A DNA stretch of 64,000 bases from Candidatus Vogelbacteria bacterium (lineage in GTDB: Bacteria; Patescibacteriota; Minisyncoccia; Phycocordibacterales; XYD1-FULL-46-19), in contig CAIRHC010000006.1 in the NCBI GenBank assembly GCA_903878275.1, positions 79,633 to 143,632 of the forward strand, read 5' to 3'. The position numbers were made by a program, and so were the translations under genes. This document shows positions 47,952 through 58,286 of this stretch, in pieces; position 1 is the stretch's first letter, and every line of letters starts with the position of its first letter. Below the pieces are notes generated by a model. It worked only from the letters and a program-made list of their open reading frames with translations. It ran no database searches and had not been told where the DNA came from.

Positions 47952-48959
47952 CTACTTTTTAGATATAATACTTTTCTTATACATATCCAAATGATCGAGT
48001 GCAATACCAGTACCTTTTGCCACACAATAAAGAGCGTCGTCAGCCAGATAAGCTTTAACACCAGTTTTACGATAAACGAGCTCCGGCAGGTTTCGCAAAA
48101 GCGATGAACCACCAGTCATTGTAATACCTTGATCGATAATATCCGCCGACAATTCTGGTGGCGTATCTTGGAAAACAACTTTTATCGCTTTGATGACTTC
48201 TTTTAATTCACTATCAATCGCTCGGACAATTTCATTGGTTCGCACTTCTACCGAACGCGGTAAACCACTCATAAAATCACGCCCTTTAATAATAAAAGAC
48301 AATTCTTCTTCGATTGGAATAGCCGAACCGATCGTCGCTTTGACATCTTCGGCGGTCTTGTCACCAATCGCCAAGTTAAAAGTTTTTTTAATGTAATCGG
48401 CAATCGCTTGGTCGATTTTATTGCCCGCGTGTTTGACCGACGTCGATGATACAATTCCGCCAAGAGAAATCACGGCTACGTCAGTCGTGCCACCGCCAAT
48501 ATCCACCACCATATGACCACGCGCTTCATAAATCGGAATCCCCGCACCAATCGCTGCCAAAATTGGCTCTTTCACGACATAAGCATTTTTCGCGCCGGCA
48601 CGCATTGTTGCTTCAATCACCGCGCGCCGTTCGGTCGAAGTCACGCCTGCCGGTACCGACACCATCACTTCTGGTTTAAAAATATTAAAACGCCCGAGCG
48701 CTTTATTTATGTAATAACGAAGCATCGCTTCGGTAATTCGATAGTCGGCAATCACGCCATCTTTCATTGGCTTGTACACCATAATATTATCTGGTGCTTT
48801 GCCTACCATTTCTTTGGCTTCTGTCCCCACCGCCACGACTTTGTTATTCCATTCCGACACCGCGACCACTGACGGTTCATTCAAAACAATCCCCTTGCCC
48901 GGCATATAAACCAGAGTATTCGCCGTACCTAAATCAATTCCGAGTTTCGTTATAAACAT
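47952..48959 (-). CDS. mreB: Second MreB/Mbl paralog
   Basis: GIDLGTANT, EPSVVA, DIGGGTTD, TGGSSLL; start likely at MFITK. Confidence 0.9.
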   Translation of the reverse strand: MFITKLGIDLGTANTLVYMPGKGIVLNEPSVVAVSEWNNKVVAVGTEAKEMVGKAPDNIMVYKPMKDGVIADYRITEAMLRYYINKALGRFNIFKPEVMVSVPAGVTSTERRAVIEATMRAGAKNAYVVKEPILAAIGAGIPIYEARGHMVVDIGGGTTDVAVISLGGIVSSTSVKHAGNKIDQAIADYIKKTFNLAIGDKTAEDVKATIGSAIPIEEELSFIIKGRDFMSGLPRSVEVRTNEIVRAIDSELKEVIKAIKVVFQDTPPELSADIIDQGITMTGGSSLLRNLPELVYRKTGVKAYLADDALYCVAKGTGIALDHLDMYKKSIISKK

Positions 48960-49023
48960 ATTTTTATTTTGGATTACAGAATTATCCTCCATTGCCACCT
49001 TTTTAGTGTACAGATTTTTCTTG

Positions 49024-49059
49024 CCCGCCCAAATTTTGCTAAAGTAAAATTTGGGCGGG
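49024..49059. repeat. REP-like palindrome
   Basis: CCCGCCCAAATTTTGC-TAAA-GTAAAATTTGGGCGGG; a looser relative lies near 61207-61239. Confidence 0.75.
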
Positions 49060-49094
49060 TGAACTTAAAAAATCCCGGGGTTCTGTAATTCATT

Positions 49095-50393
49095 CTAATC
49101 TTCCGATACCCGTTCAATCTTAACCCCCAGAACTTTCAGGCGATTTTCGATTTTTTCGTAGCCTCGGTCGATATATTTGACATTATGTACTACCGACCGA
49201 CCAGATGCAATAATCGCCGACAAAAGGTACGCCAGCCCCGCTCGAAGATCCGGACTTTCAATTTCTTTACTTTCCAACTTATTTGGACCGTGAATAATCG
49301 CTCTATTAGTATCAATAATTTTTGCCCGCATACCCATCCGAGCCAAAGCTTCAAGATAATTCAACCGTCCCTCAAAAATTGTTTCAAAAATAAAACTCTC
49401 ACCTTCGGCTTGCGACAAAAAGATTGCCATTGGCGCTTGCAGGTCAGTCGGGAAACCCGGATATTCGTGAGTTTTAATATCGGTGGCTAAGAATTTTTCT
49501 TGGCCGGAATTTTTTACGCGTAAAAAATTCCGGCCAGTTTCAATCTCCACTCCACTATCACGTAAAATATTTATAAGCGAATCAAGATGCTTTGGTTCAC
49601 AATCTGTAATCTTAATATCTTCCCCAGCAATCGCTCCGAGGATAAGAAAACTACCAGCCTCAATCCGATCCGGCATTGTAGTATAATTTTGCCCTACGCC
49701 AGACAAAAGTTCTCCTCCTTCAATTTCAATAGTCGAGGTGCCCAAACCAGTTATTTTGGCGCCGCAACTAACCAAGAACTCGCCCAGACTTTCAATTTCT
49801 GGTTCTAACGCACAGTTTTTTAAAACCGTTTTTCCTTTAGCCAAAACTCCCGCCATCAAAAATGTTTCCGTATTTGTGACCGACTGTTGTTTAAAAAATA
49901 TTTCCGCTCCACGTAATTTTCCATCTTCGGCTTTAACCAAAAAAGTATTATCTTTTTCTTCGATAGTTGCCCCCATTTTTTTAAAACCCGCCAAAAACAT
50001 ATCCACCGGTCTTTTACCGATCACGCAACCTCCCGGATAAGGAAAAGTTACTTTCCCAAATCGCGCCAGAAGCGGTCCCGTCAAAACAATCGACGACCGC
50101 ATTTTTTTGGCGATATCTGAAACTAAAGCTTGATTAGAAATATTTTTAGTATTTAAAACATAACTGCCCTTTTCACCTTCGACGCTTATCCCGATATATT
50201 TGAGTAAATCAAACATCCGAAAAACATCTTCAATTTCTGGTACTTTTTTTAAAGAAAAACCATCAGAAAATAAAACTGATGAAGCCAAAACTTTCAGCAC
50301 TGCATTTTTCGCTCCGCCGACAGCAATCTCCCCTTTTAAAATTTTTTGACCAGCCAAACCATCAATGATAAATTTATCACCTTTGTCACTCAT
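49095..50393 (-). CDS. murA: UDP-N-acetylglucosamine 1-carboxyvinyltransferase
   Basis: GAKNA, PGGCVIGKRP (catalytic Cys), DRIEAG, PGFPTDLQ, DLRAG, IDRGY. Confidence 0.96.
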   Translation of the reverse strand: MSDKGDKFIIDGLAGQKILKGEIAVGGAKNAVLKVLASSVLFSDGFSLKKVPEIEDVFRMFDLLKYIGISVEGEKGSYVLNTKNISNQALVSDIAKKMRSSIVLTGPLLARFGKVTFPYPGGCVIGKRPVDMFLAGFKKMGATIEEKDNTFLVKAEDGKLRGAEIFFKQQSVTNTETFLMAGVLAKGKTVLKNCALEPEIESLGEFLVSCGAKITGLGTSTIEIEGGELLSGVGQNYTTMPDRIEAGSFLILGAIAGEDIKITDCEPKHLDSLINILRDSGVEIETGRNFLRVKNSGQEKFLATDIKTHEYPGFPTDLQAPMAIFLSQAEGESFIFETIFEGRLNYLEALARMGMRAKIIDTNRAIIHGPNKLESKEIESPDLRAGLAYLLSAIIASGRSVVHNVKYIDRGYEKIENRLKVLGVKIERVSED

Positions 50394-50404
50394 AGAAATA
50401 TAGA

Positions 50405-52510
50405 TTATTTTATAATGATCTTTTCGGTCAAAACGCCCTTCGGCAAATCAACCAAACCAGACTGATAGATTTTAACATAAGATCCATCAATTTGCTTCTC
50501 CTCCACAGTATAGTAGTAAGTGCCAGGACGGACAAGGACATAATACCGACCCAACTCATCGGCTGGCACAATTTTTACCAATTGATTAGAGACTGGCAAA
50601 TAAACACGAACAAGACCATACGCCAGAGGCTCACCGGTTGAAGCACTGATAATCTGCCCCGCCTTATGACGATAACGCCAAAAAGTGCGGAAGATTTCAA
50701 AAGCCAGATAAAAACTACAGAAAACAGCATTCAAAATCGACGGTTCAGCAATAAAAATTCCGACCGACAAAGCAAAACCTAAATAAAAAACGCTATCAAG
50801 AATCCAAACTTTTATTCTTTCTCGCCGAGAATAGAATCGGAAATAGTCTTTTTTGTTTTTGGCAAATTCATTCCAATCAAAACCTACCGGATCCATCGGA
50901 ATATTAAGATTGACCACTTCACCTTCTTTGACTGTCACCTGACCGCCAAAATAAAGATTGTCATAAACCTCATCAGATAATCGTCCAGCTAGCGTGGTCG
51001 AAGGAAATTTGTAGTGAGTTTTATTAGCTTGCAAACTATAATTTCCAGCTGACAAGAAAAATCCAAACCGACCATCGATATCTGTGATCGCGCTACTGAT
51101 CTCTTTGCCGTCACGCCAGATTGTGACATAAGCGGGATCGAGCGGTCGCTTGGTAATAGAATCATAAACCGTCCCCCACGGTTTACTTTTTTTGCGATAA
51201 CCAAACAAATAACTCAAGGCTCTCGTTATTACCAAAAATAATTCGTAAAGTGATGGCAATAAACCAACCGCAACAAGCGGCGGGACGACTGTTCCTAAAA
51301 ATGGAATCAGATTAAAAGCCACTTTTGCCCCTGCGACCAGTAATTCGCCTTTAATATGACGAATGGTCTGGTCTTGATAATTAATTATAAATAAACTTAT
51401 CGGATAGGTTCCATTTTTTAAAAGTGGCTCAATCGTCCCCAGATAAGCGGTGCGATTATAATTTTCTTTCAACAAAAAAGAAAACGATCGAGTTGGGTCA
51501 TCAGGGTCATAGATCGTCACGCCGACAGTCTTTAGAACATCCGGTAAAATCTGGGCATTAAACTTGATTGTCAGATTTTTCTCGCCATAAATATCAACTT
51601 GATTACTTTTGTCAAAAGTTTTTTCCGTCTCTTTTGGTTGGATAAATAATAAATCCCAAGTTAGTCCCGACGGTTCCGTGACTTTTGGCAATAAATCAAA
51701 TGGACTAGTTGTGCCGACAGATAAACAAGAACCGTCATCAGTATTTGCCTGCGGATTGTAATTTGAAGCATTAGGATTGGTACAACCACGAACCGTCACC
51801 TCGGTTGTTCCTCCGGGACAACTACCATCATCAACAGTCGCGTTTGGGTTATAATTTGAAGCACTCGGATTCATACAACCACGAACTGGCTCCACCGATA
51901 CTGAAAATATTTCTGTCGCCGGCACACCTAGAGAATAAGTATTGGTCTGACTTCGCACAAACGCCGTGTAATAATACCGCTGATCGGCGACAACGTTTTG
52001 ATCAACAGTCTCTTCCCCAACTCCTTCATAAATCAGCGAGCTACCAGACACCGGAAATGGGCTTGTTGGATAGCCGTGAAGAGATTTTAGTATTCGAATC
52101 GAATAAAAATAATAGCCGACCGGATTTAGCCAAGTCAAAACAATGCCATCTCGATTTTTAATATAATTGGCTCGAAAGTTACGCACCGGCGGAACAATAA
52201 GAATACAACTGCCGTCATCCACTGTGGCATTAGAGTTATAATTTGAAGCACTCGGATTCATACAACCCAATACTGATCCACCGATGTGAGTATAAGTACA
52301 AGTCCCATTATCAACAGTCGCCAGTGAGTTATAATTATTTGCGGTCGGATCAGTACAACCAGGTACCGAGGTCACTGGCACAACAACCGTCGCACCAACA
52401 CCCACAGAATTAGACGCACCAAAAGATAAATTCGAAGCAAAAAATAAAACAAAAACGGCAAATATAAATTTGAGCCAAAATTTTCTATCAATTTTTTTGC
52501 TAATTTTCAT
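50405..52510 (-). CDS. Membrane-anchored surface protein with four GCx(D/N)PxAxNYNxxAxxDxGxC repeats and carboxypeptidase-regulatory-like domains
   Basis: Signal peptide; repeats visible, with 33 identical bp at 51848-51880 and 52235-52267; WGTVYDS...AITDIDGRFGF; internal TMs. Confidence 0.75.
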   Translation of the reverse strand: MKISKKIDRKFWLKFIFAVFVLFFASNLSFGASNSVGVGATVVVPVTSVPGCTDPTANNYNSLATVDNGTCTYTHIGGSVLGCMNPSASNYNSNATVDDGSCILIVPPVRNFRANYIKNRDGIVLTWLNPVGYYFYSIRILKSLHGYPTSPFPVSGSSLIYEGVGEETVDQNVVADQRYYYTAFVRSQTNTYSLGVPATEIFSVSVEPVRGCMNPSASNYNPNATVDDGSCPGGTTEVTVRGCTNPNASNYNPQANTDDGSCLSVGTTSPFDLLPKVTEPSGLTWDLLFIQPKETEKTFDKSNQVDIYGEKNLTIKFNAQILPDVLKTVGVTIYDPDDPTRSFSFLLKENYNRTAYLGTIEPLLKNGTYPISLFIINYQDQTIRHIKGELLVAGAKVAFNLIPFLGTVVPPLVAVGLLPSLYELFLVITRALSYLFGYRKKSKPWGTVYDSITKRPLDPAYVTIWRDGKEISSAITDIDGRFGFFLSAGNYSLQANKTHYKFPSTTLAGRLSDEVYDNLYFGGQVTVKEGEVVNLNIPMDPVGFDWNEFAKNKKDYFRFYSRRERIKVWILDSVFYLGFALSVGIFIAEPSILNAVFCSFYLAFEIFRTFWRYRHKAGQIISASTGEPLAYGLVRVYLPVSNQLVKIVPADELGRYYVLVRPGTYYYTVEEKQIDGSYVKIYQSGLVDLPKGVLTEKIIIK

Positions 52511-52518
52511 AAATTAAA

Positions 52519-53286
52519 TTAAAGCGCCATTGCCATTGCCGTCACCTGTGCCGCATAGCTACCAGCGTTTAAAGTTTTTCTGGAGCCAACTTCAGCTTTA
52601 AAAGTCGCGATCAAATCTGTTGAAGCTGGATAATTGGCGCTCGCCAAACTAGACACCAGTTGGTAACTCGTACTCAAACCCTGCCAACAAATCAAAGAAG
52701 TATTCGAGGAACCAGTATCGCAAGCCAAACCATCGTTTTTAAATTTCTGAACCACATCGTCGCCTTCGACCGCAAAACCAAACCGAGCAGAAGCTGGTAC
52801 TGATTGCCAGGAAAAATCTGGAATTCCGGTCAAAACAGAAGCATAATCATCAAAATAATTACTTCCTGAAGTTAGACTTGGGTTAGAACCGGATTTTAAA
52901 TAAAGTTCATAGCCAGCTGGATCATTGGTCGTCACTTGCCAGGTTGTTGAGCCCATCGACGAACCACCACTTGCTCCATTTATTTCGGGACTTAAATTTA
53001 CTCCACCAGCCGAAGAAATAGCAATAAAATAATCATTATCCGCCGCCCGATAACCAGCCTGAACAATCTTGGTCAAATCAGTCGAGCTACCCGTCGCGAC
53101 CTCACCAAAAGTATCACTCAAACTATAATTGGCAGATGATGAAAAATCAGTCCCGCCGAAATTAATGCTATCTTTTTCAATTTGATAATGAGTACTACTC
53201 GCGACATAAGCTAAAGCCGATTGACTGACACCAGAAAAAATTAAAATCAAAAAACTTGCAAAAACAACAAAAAAATATTTTTTCAT
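52519..53286 (-). CDS. Secreted protein, WxL-like
   Basis: Signal peptide; WQVTTNDPAGY; C-terminal AGSYAAQVT. Confidence 0.55.
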   Translation of the reverse strand: MKKYFFVVFASFLILIFSGVSQSALAYVASSTHYQIEKDSINFGGTDFSSSANYSLSDTFGEVATGSSTDLTKIVQAGYRAADNDYFIAISSAGGVNLSPEINGASGGSSMGSTTWQVTTNDPAGYELYLKSGSNPSLTSGSNYFDDYASVLTGIPDFSWQSVPASARFGFAVEGDDVVQKFKNDGLACDTGSSNTSLICWQGLSTSYQLVSSLASANYPASTDLIATFKAEVGSRKTLNAGSYAAQVTAMAMAL

Positions 53287-54161
53287 TTCTTTAATTTTAG
53301 CTTAAAAAAGATAATAAGACCAACCAACACCACTAAAACCAGCGCCAACAGCCACCAAGGAACAACAAAAAACGAAACGGTCCTTTGCCAAACTTTATTT
53401 TCGTAACCAAGATTTAGATAAAGATGAGCCTGATAATAACCCCACAAGGAATGATTCGGTAAACTTACAACTTTCATCACGCTCGCTCCAGGCAAAACCG
53501 ACCACGGTTTGTATTCTAAAATTTTTACACGCTGACCTAAAATATTTTTTATTTCCAGTAAACCATAAGGATTGAGATAAATATTTCCTGTATTGGAAAA
53601 AGTCGTCTGAAAATTTAATGGTGGATTACCAAAAATAAAATTTTTACCACTCAATCCAAAATTTACTATTTCACCTTTTTCAGTCACCTTACCAGACACC
53701 CGAACAAACAGCGCCGAACCAACAGCCGAACTAATTTTTGTTTGACCAAGAGAATCGCTTTGGTTGGTGACTGTCACCACACCATAATAACCACCAGGAG
53801 TTACACCAGCCGGAATAGAAATCCTAATCGGAATTTTTATCTTTTGACCCTTTCCAATTCGAACTGGACCACTATCAAAAGTGGTAAACTGGACAACACT
53901 ATTCAACGCCGAAGAATCTTTTCCGCCACGACTTTTAACTTGACTTAGATTTTCTAACCCAATCAAAAAACTAGAATCAGTCGCAAGGTTGTTGGCAATC
54001 GTAAAAAAAACATCTTTATTTTCTCCAGGATTAATAATGACTTCTTGCCTGATCGGATAAACCAAAAAATTTTCTGAAGCACCATAAGCCGAACTAGCCA
54101 GACCCAAAAAAAACATTAAAAAAACTGGTAAAAAAATAATTCGGCGCGATAGGTGTGACAT
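53283..54161 (-). CDS. DUF916-like surface protein with C-terminal TM
   Basis: INPGE, PGGYYGVV, FSNTGNIYLNPYG, VLPG, FFVVPWW plus TM. Confidence 0.65.
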   Translation of the reverse strand: MSHLSRRIIFLPVFLMFFLGLASSAYGASENFLVYPIRQEVIINPGENKDVFFTIANNLATDSSFLIGLENLSQVKSRGGKDSSALNSVVQFTTFDSGPVRIGKGQKIKIPIRISIPAGVTPGGYYGVVTVTNQSDSLGQTKISSAVGSALFVRVSGKVTEKGEIVNFGLSGKNFIFGNPPLNFQTTFSNTGNIYLNPYGLLEIKNILGQRVKILEYKPWSVLPGASVMKVVSLPNHSLWGYYQAHLYLNLGYENKVWQRTVSFFVVPWWLLALVLVVLVGLIIFFKLKLKK

Positions 54162-55028
54162 TTAACGCAAAGGGGTTAGGACAAAAACATAATTACTGCC
54201 ATTTTTATTTCGGCTAAATCGTGGCGTAACTACGCCAGAATTACCAGAAGGGTCAAAACTGATATCCACTTTATCTGAAAACATATCTTTAATTTTTTGC
54301 TTGATGGCTTCATCAGATGAAGACGCTCCGGTCGAGGGTGAAATCATTATTGCCGTTTTATTGCCAACAAAAGAACTCGTGGTCGCTGGTGGCTCGCCCG
54401 CCATCAGGCGGTTATACAATTCATCGGTAATCTCTTTTTTCAATTGAGCTTGTAATTCTGGGGTCAAACTTGCCACCGAATCGGATTTATCAGCCGGAGC
54501 CAGACCTAAAAACTTTTTCCAATTATCGACAATGCTTGAAATCATAGATTGAAACAAAATCCAAAAACCATTAAAAAAATCACCGACGGCTGAAAAAACG
54601 GAGGCGGTTAATTTCCCAGTATCAAAACCCTGCGGTAAAAAATTTGTCGCAACTTTGATATTCGAAATTACATTTTCTTTATTAAAATCAAAAGGAACCG
54701 CCGTATTGTCTGAAACCAAAGCCAAATTAGCCACTTGACCGCTATTTGTTTTGAACGATAAAGACTTCGTTCCTAAAACACTGACAACAAGCAGTACCAC
54801 CAGCATACCGGCAATCGGAACCAGAGCTCGATTTCTTTTGTCAGAATAAGGCAAGATCGCTTTGTCTTCATAAAGAGCAATGGCTTTTTCCGGCTTTTTC
54901 TCAAATTTAAAACAACCAGCCGGACTAGCAACCGCACGAACAAAATTGTTGTCCATCGCCACATCACCAGTAAATTTACCGGACACTACTCCTATTTTTT
55001 GTTTTGTTTTAGTAATTTTAGTAAGCAT
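54162..55028 (-). CDS. Hypothetical membrane protein
   Basis: Single TM; start likely at MLTKI. Confidence 0.6.
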   Translation of the reverse strand: MLTKITKTKQKIGVVSGKFTGDVAMDNNFVRAVASPAGCFKFEKKPEKAIALYEDKAILPYSDKRNRALVPIAGMLVVLLVVSVLGTKSLSFKTNSGQVANLALVSDNTAVPFDFNKENVISNIKVATNFLPQGFDTGKLTASVFSAVGDFFNGFWILFQSMISSIVDNWKKFLGLAPADKSDSVASLTPELQAQLKKEITDELYNRLMAGEPPATTSSFVGNKTAIMISPSTGASSSDEAIKQKIKDMFSDKVDISFDPSGNSGVVTPRFSRNKNGSNYVFVLTPLR

Positions 55029-55128
55029 AACCAAGAAAAATCCAGTCCCTCTAATAATACAATGACAGACAAACAAAAGAAAGCATTTGTTGTGTATATC
55101 TTTAAAAATTTATATACTCTACTCAAAT

Positions 55129-57042
55129 ATGAAAATCGTAAGTATTATCCCAATAAATAAGGGTTTTTTCAAAGATAACCTGACTTATTTTACCAGCCAA
55201 GACGTCCAGCTCGGCACGATTGTTTCAGTGCCAATTAAAAACAAAGAAATAGATGGCATTGTGGTAGAGATTAAATCTGCCGAGAACTTGAAATCTCAAA
55301 TCCGCCGTGGCGAATTTGGTTTAAAAAAAATCAGTCGGATCAAAAGTCAAACCTATTTTTTGCCAGAATTTGTTTCAGCTGTCGGCGACACCGCGGATTT
55401 TTTTGCTTCGCCGACCAGCCAGACTTTTAAAAGCTTGGTCCCAAAGATAATTTTAGAAAATTTGGCGAGCTTTAAAATTTCTGAAAAAAATGAGCTGGAA
55501 CAAAAACCAGAAGATTTTCTGACTTCCGAAAAAATCGTGATTCAAGAATCAGAAGAAGAACGATTGTCTTTTTATAAAAGTTTAATTCGTGAATCTTTTG
55601 CGCGCAAACAATCTGTTTTTCTTTGCGCGCCGACCACTTTAGATATAAAAAATATTGCCAATTTTATCACCAAAGGCATCGAGCAATATTCGGTCATTGT
55701 CCACAATCAATTACCAAAAAAAGAATTGCTGACGGCTTGGAAAAAAGTTACCGATAGCGATCACCCAATTTTAATTATCGCCTCGCCGATGTTTTTGTCT
55801 TTACCCAGAAAAGATATCAGTGCCATTATTATTGATCACGAAAATTCTTCGGCTTACAAAAATCTGAACCGCCCATTTATTGATTACCGCTACTTTGCCG
55901 AAAGATTGGCTTTCCATAAAAAAATTAAACTTATTTTCGGCGATATCTCCCTGCGAAGCGAGACAATTTACCGCGCCGGCAAAGGCGAACTCTTGCCAGC
56001 TTCGGCAATTAAATATCGTGTTTATTCCGAAACCAAGCAGACCATTGTCCCATTAATTCAAACCGATGGCACGGTTTTAGATAAGCAAAACAGCTTGAGC
56101 GAAACATTACTTGCCCAAATTGAAAACAGCCACGACCAAAGTGAGCGAATTTTTATTTTTTCTGGTCGTCGCGGTCTTGCTCCGTTGACCATTTGTAGCG
56201 ATTGCGGCACTGCCCTTACCTGTGACATTTGCCATTCCCCGCTTTTTCTTCATCATAATTTAACCAAAAAAAATACTGATCGAATTTTTTCTTGTCACAA
56301 ATGTAGCCAGATAGTAGAAGTCGAAGACAACTGTACTCGTTGTGGTGGCTGGCGACTAGCGGTAATTGGCTATGGTCTCGAAAAAATTGTCGAGGAATTA
56401 ACCGAAAAATTACCAAATATTACTTATCTCCGGCTCGATAGCGATACCGTCAAAAGTCCAAAACAAGCCGAAGAAATTGTGGCAAAATTTATGGCATCAC
56501 CCGGTTCGGTTTTGCTCGGCACCGAAATGGCAGTAAATTATTTGCGCGAAAAAATTGAAAATGTTGCCATTGCCAACATTGATTCGTTTTTTGCTTTGCC
56601 TGATTTTCGTATTAGTGAAAAATTATTTAATTTACTTTTGCGCTTACGCTCACTTTCAACCAAAAGATTTACTGTCCAAACTCGCAATCCGGAAGAAAAA
56701 GTTTTTCATTATGTGACCACTGGCAACCTATTAGATTTTTACCGAGACGAAATTGCCGAACGCCAAGATCTTGGTTATCCGCCTTTTAAAATTTTAATCA
56801 AAATTTCCCGCGACGGCAAAAAACCCGACGTAACAAAAGAAATGGCAGAATTAGAAAAAAAACTCACAGACCACAAACCGCTCATTTTTCCCAACCTAAA
56901 AAACGAAAACGAAAAAAATTATACCTTAAATATTTTGTTAAAATTAGACCCCGCCAAATGGCCAAATCAAGAGCTATTAAAAATTCTCAAAAATCTCTCG
57001 CCTGCCTTTTTGATTAAAGTTGATCCGGAAAGTATTTTGTAA
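55129..57042 (+). CDS. priA: Primosomal protein N' (degenerate helicase motifs)
   Basis: N-terminal 3'-DNA-binding region, four CxxC pairs, PDFR..EK, VQTRNPE, R..LGYPPF. Confidence 0.85.
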   Translation: MKIVSIIPINKGFFKDNLTYFTSQDVQLGTIVSVPIKNKEIDGIVVEIKSAENLKSQIRRGEFGLKKISRIKSQTYFLPEFVSAVGDTADFFASPTSQTFKSLVPKIILENLASFKISEKNELEQKPEDFLTSEKIVIQESEEERLSFYKSLIRESFARKQSVFLCAPTTLDIKNIANFITKGIEQYSVIVHNQLPKKELLTAWKKVTDSDHPILIIASPMFLSLPRKDISAIIIDHENSSAYKNLNRPFIDYRYFAERLAFHKKIKLIFGDISLRSETIYRAGKGELLPASAIKYRVYSETKQTIVPLIQTDGTVLDKQNSLSETLLAQIENSHDQSERIFIFSGRRGLAPLTICSDCGTALTCDICHSPLFLHHNLTKKNTDRIFSCHKCSQIVEVEDNCTRCGGWRLAVIGYGLEKIVEELTEKLPNITYLRLDSDTVKSPKQAEEIVAKFMASPGSVLLGTEMAVNYLREKIENVAIANIDSFFALPDFRISEKLFNLLLRLRSLSTKRFTVQTRNPEEKVFHYVTTGNLLDFYRDEIAERQDLGYPPFKILIKISRDGKKPDVTKEMAELEKKLTDHKPLIFPNLKNENEKNYTLNILLKLDPAKWPNQELLKILKNLSPAFLIKVDPESIL

Positions 57043-57058
57043 CCCGATGCGAAATAAA

Positions 57059-57086
57059 ATGACCGGCGCGCAAGCACGCCGGTCAT
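57059..57086. terminator. Hairpin between convergent genes
   Basis: ATGACCGGCG-CGCAAGCA-CGCCGGTCAT. Confidence 0.7.
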
Positions 57087-57115
57087 TGTTTAAATACCCA
57101 ACAGACAACCCGAAA

Positions 57116-58141
57116 TCAACCTTTAAGCCTCGCGATCTCCGCTTGAGCCGAGGCCAATTCTTCTTCCGCTTGGCGAATCACTCTCAAACGATCATGTTCG
57201 CGCTTCACCACACCCTGTCGCATCAGAAACAAGGCCGCCGATGAATCAGCGAGGCACGCTTCATCGAGATTTTTCACCAGCCGATCCTTTTTCGAATAGC
57301 AATCATAGAATCGATCCAGTCTTGCACGCAAGGCAATCTCCAAAAGTTTGGCCAGACAATCCTCATCAAGATTAAGAATCTCAGGATTGAGAATGTCGAG
57401 CCGATCAAGGAAAGCAAGCACCTCGATCATCCACAGTTTAGCTGAGTCCACCCATGTTCGTATCTCGGTGTTTTGAGCACTGACTTCCTCCGGATTCACC
57501 CAATTTTCGATCCTCTGTTCTCGCCAGCCAAAGAGAAAAACAGCTAGATCCAAGAGAAAAATGATTGCCTGCTTTTCAAAATGGAGCCTTTCTCGACGAT
57601 CACTCAAATTACGAATGACAATTCTCCTCCCGCAATACAAGCCTTCTTCTGGCCGAAAGAAATGTTGTATTGCCGGAAAGAGCACTCGGTAGTTGATCAA
57701 GAAAAAATGGAGTTTAACGAACCTATTCCCTCGACAAGACCCATCCATTTCTTCTGGTCGAAAGAAGTGCTGGCACAACATCTCAAAAGCCTTACGGGCC
57801 AAGATCTGTCGTAATTCGGCCGACGTTTTTTGAATACCATAATTTACGATACGGTAATCAGCGGAAACTCGCAACAACATAGAACTCACCCAACCGTCGG
57901 CAATCTTGAAGTAGAATGTCAGCCGATCAACTGACTGAAATCCCCAAATGTCGTGTTGCTCCTGGTCGAAGCTAGAGACATTAAAGCCGGCGTGAAGCAA
58001 ACCTAACATCTCTTCCAACGTCACGGCCACTTGCCATCTCTCGAGAAATTCGTGCCAATTACGGATTGGGCGAATCTCCCGCGAAAATAAATCGTGAATC
58101 TCCGGCGCCGTTTTTTCTTTGCCTTCTGTTTTTGTTGTCAT
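57116..58141 (-). CDS. Orphan hypothetical protein
   Basis: AAAGGAGA SD before MTTKTEG; higher GC than its flanks. Confidence 0.65.
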   Translation of the reverse strand: MTTKTEGKEKTAPEIHDLFSREIRPIRNWHEFLERWQVAVTLEEMLGLLHAGFNVSSFDQEQHDIWGFQSVDRLTFYFKIADGWVSSMLLRVSADYRIVNYGIQKTSAELRQILARKAFEMLCQHFFRPEEMDGSCRGNRFVKLHFFLINYRVLFPAIQHFFRPEEGLYCGRRIVIRNLSDRRERLHFEKQAIIFLLDLAVFLFGWREQRIENWVNPEEVSAQNTEIRTWVDSAKLWMIEVLAFLDRLDILNPEILNLDEDCLAKLLEIALRARLDRFYDCYSKKDRLVKNLDEACLADSSAALFLMRQGVVKREHDRLRVIRQAEEELASAQAEIARLKG

Positions 58142-58286
58142 GGTACAATCTCCTTTGTTTGGGTTATGCCCCGCGCTGTGGCGAGACGATACGATATCCA
58201 CTTTAAATGTAGGCTTTTAAAAGCCAAAGTCAAATTTAGAATTCGACTTATTGGCTTTTTTGTTGTAAATTATAGTCATTAAAACT

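Noticed and set aside
51720-52370. DNA direct repeats as a mobile or regulatory element
   Set aside because: Fully explained by in-frame protein repeats.
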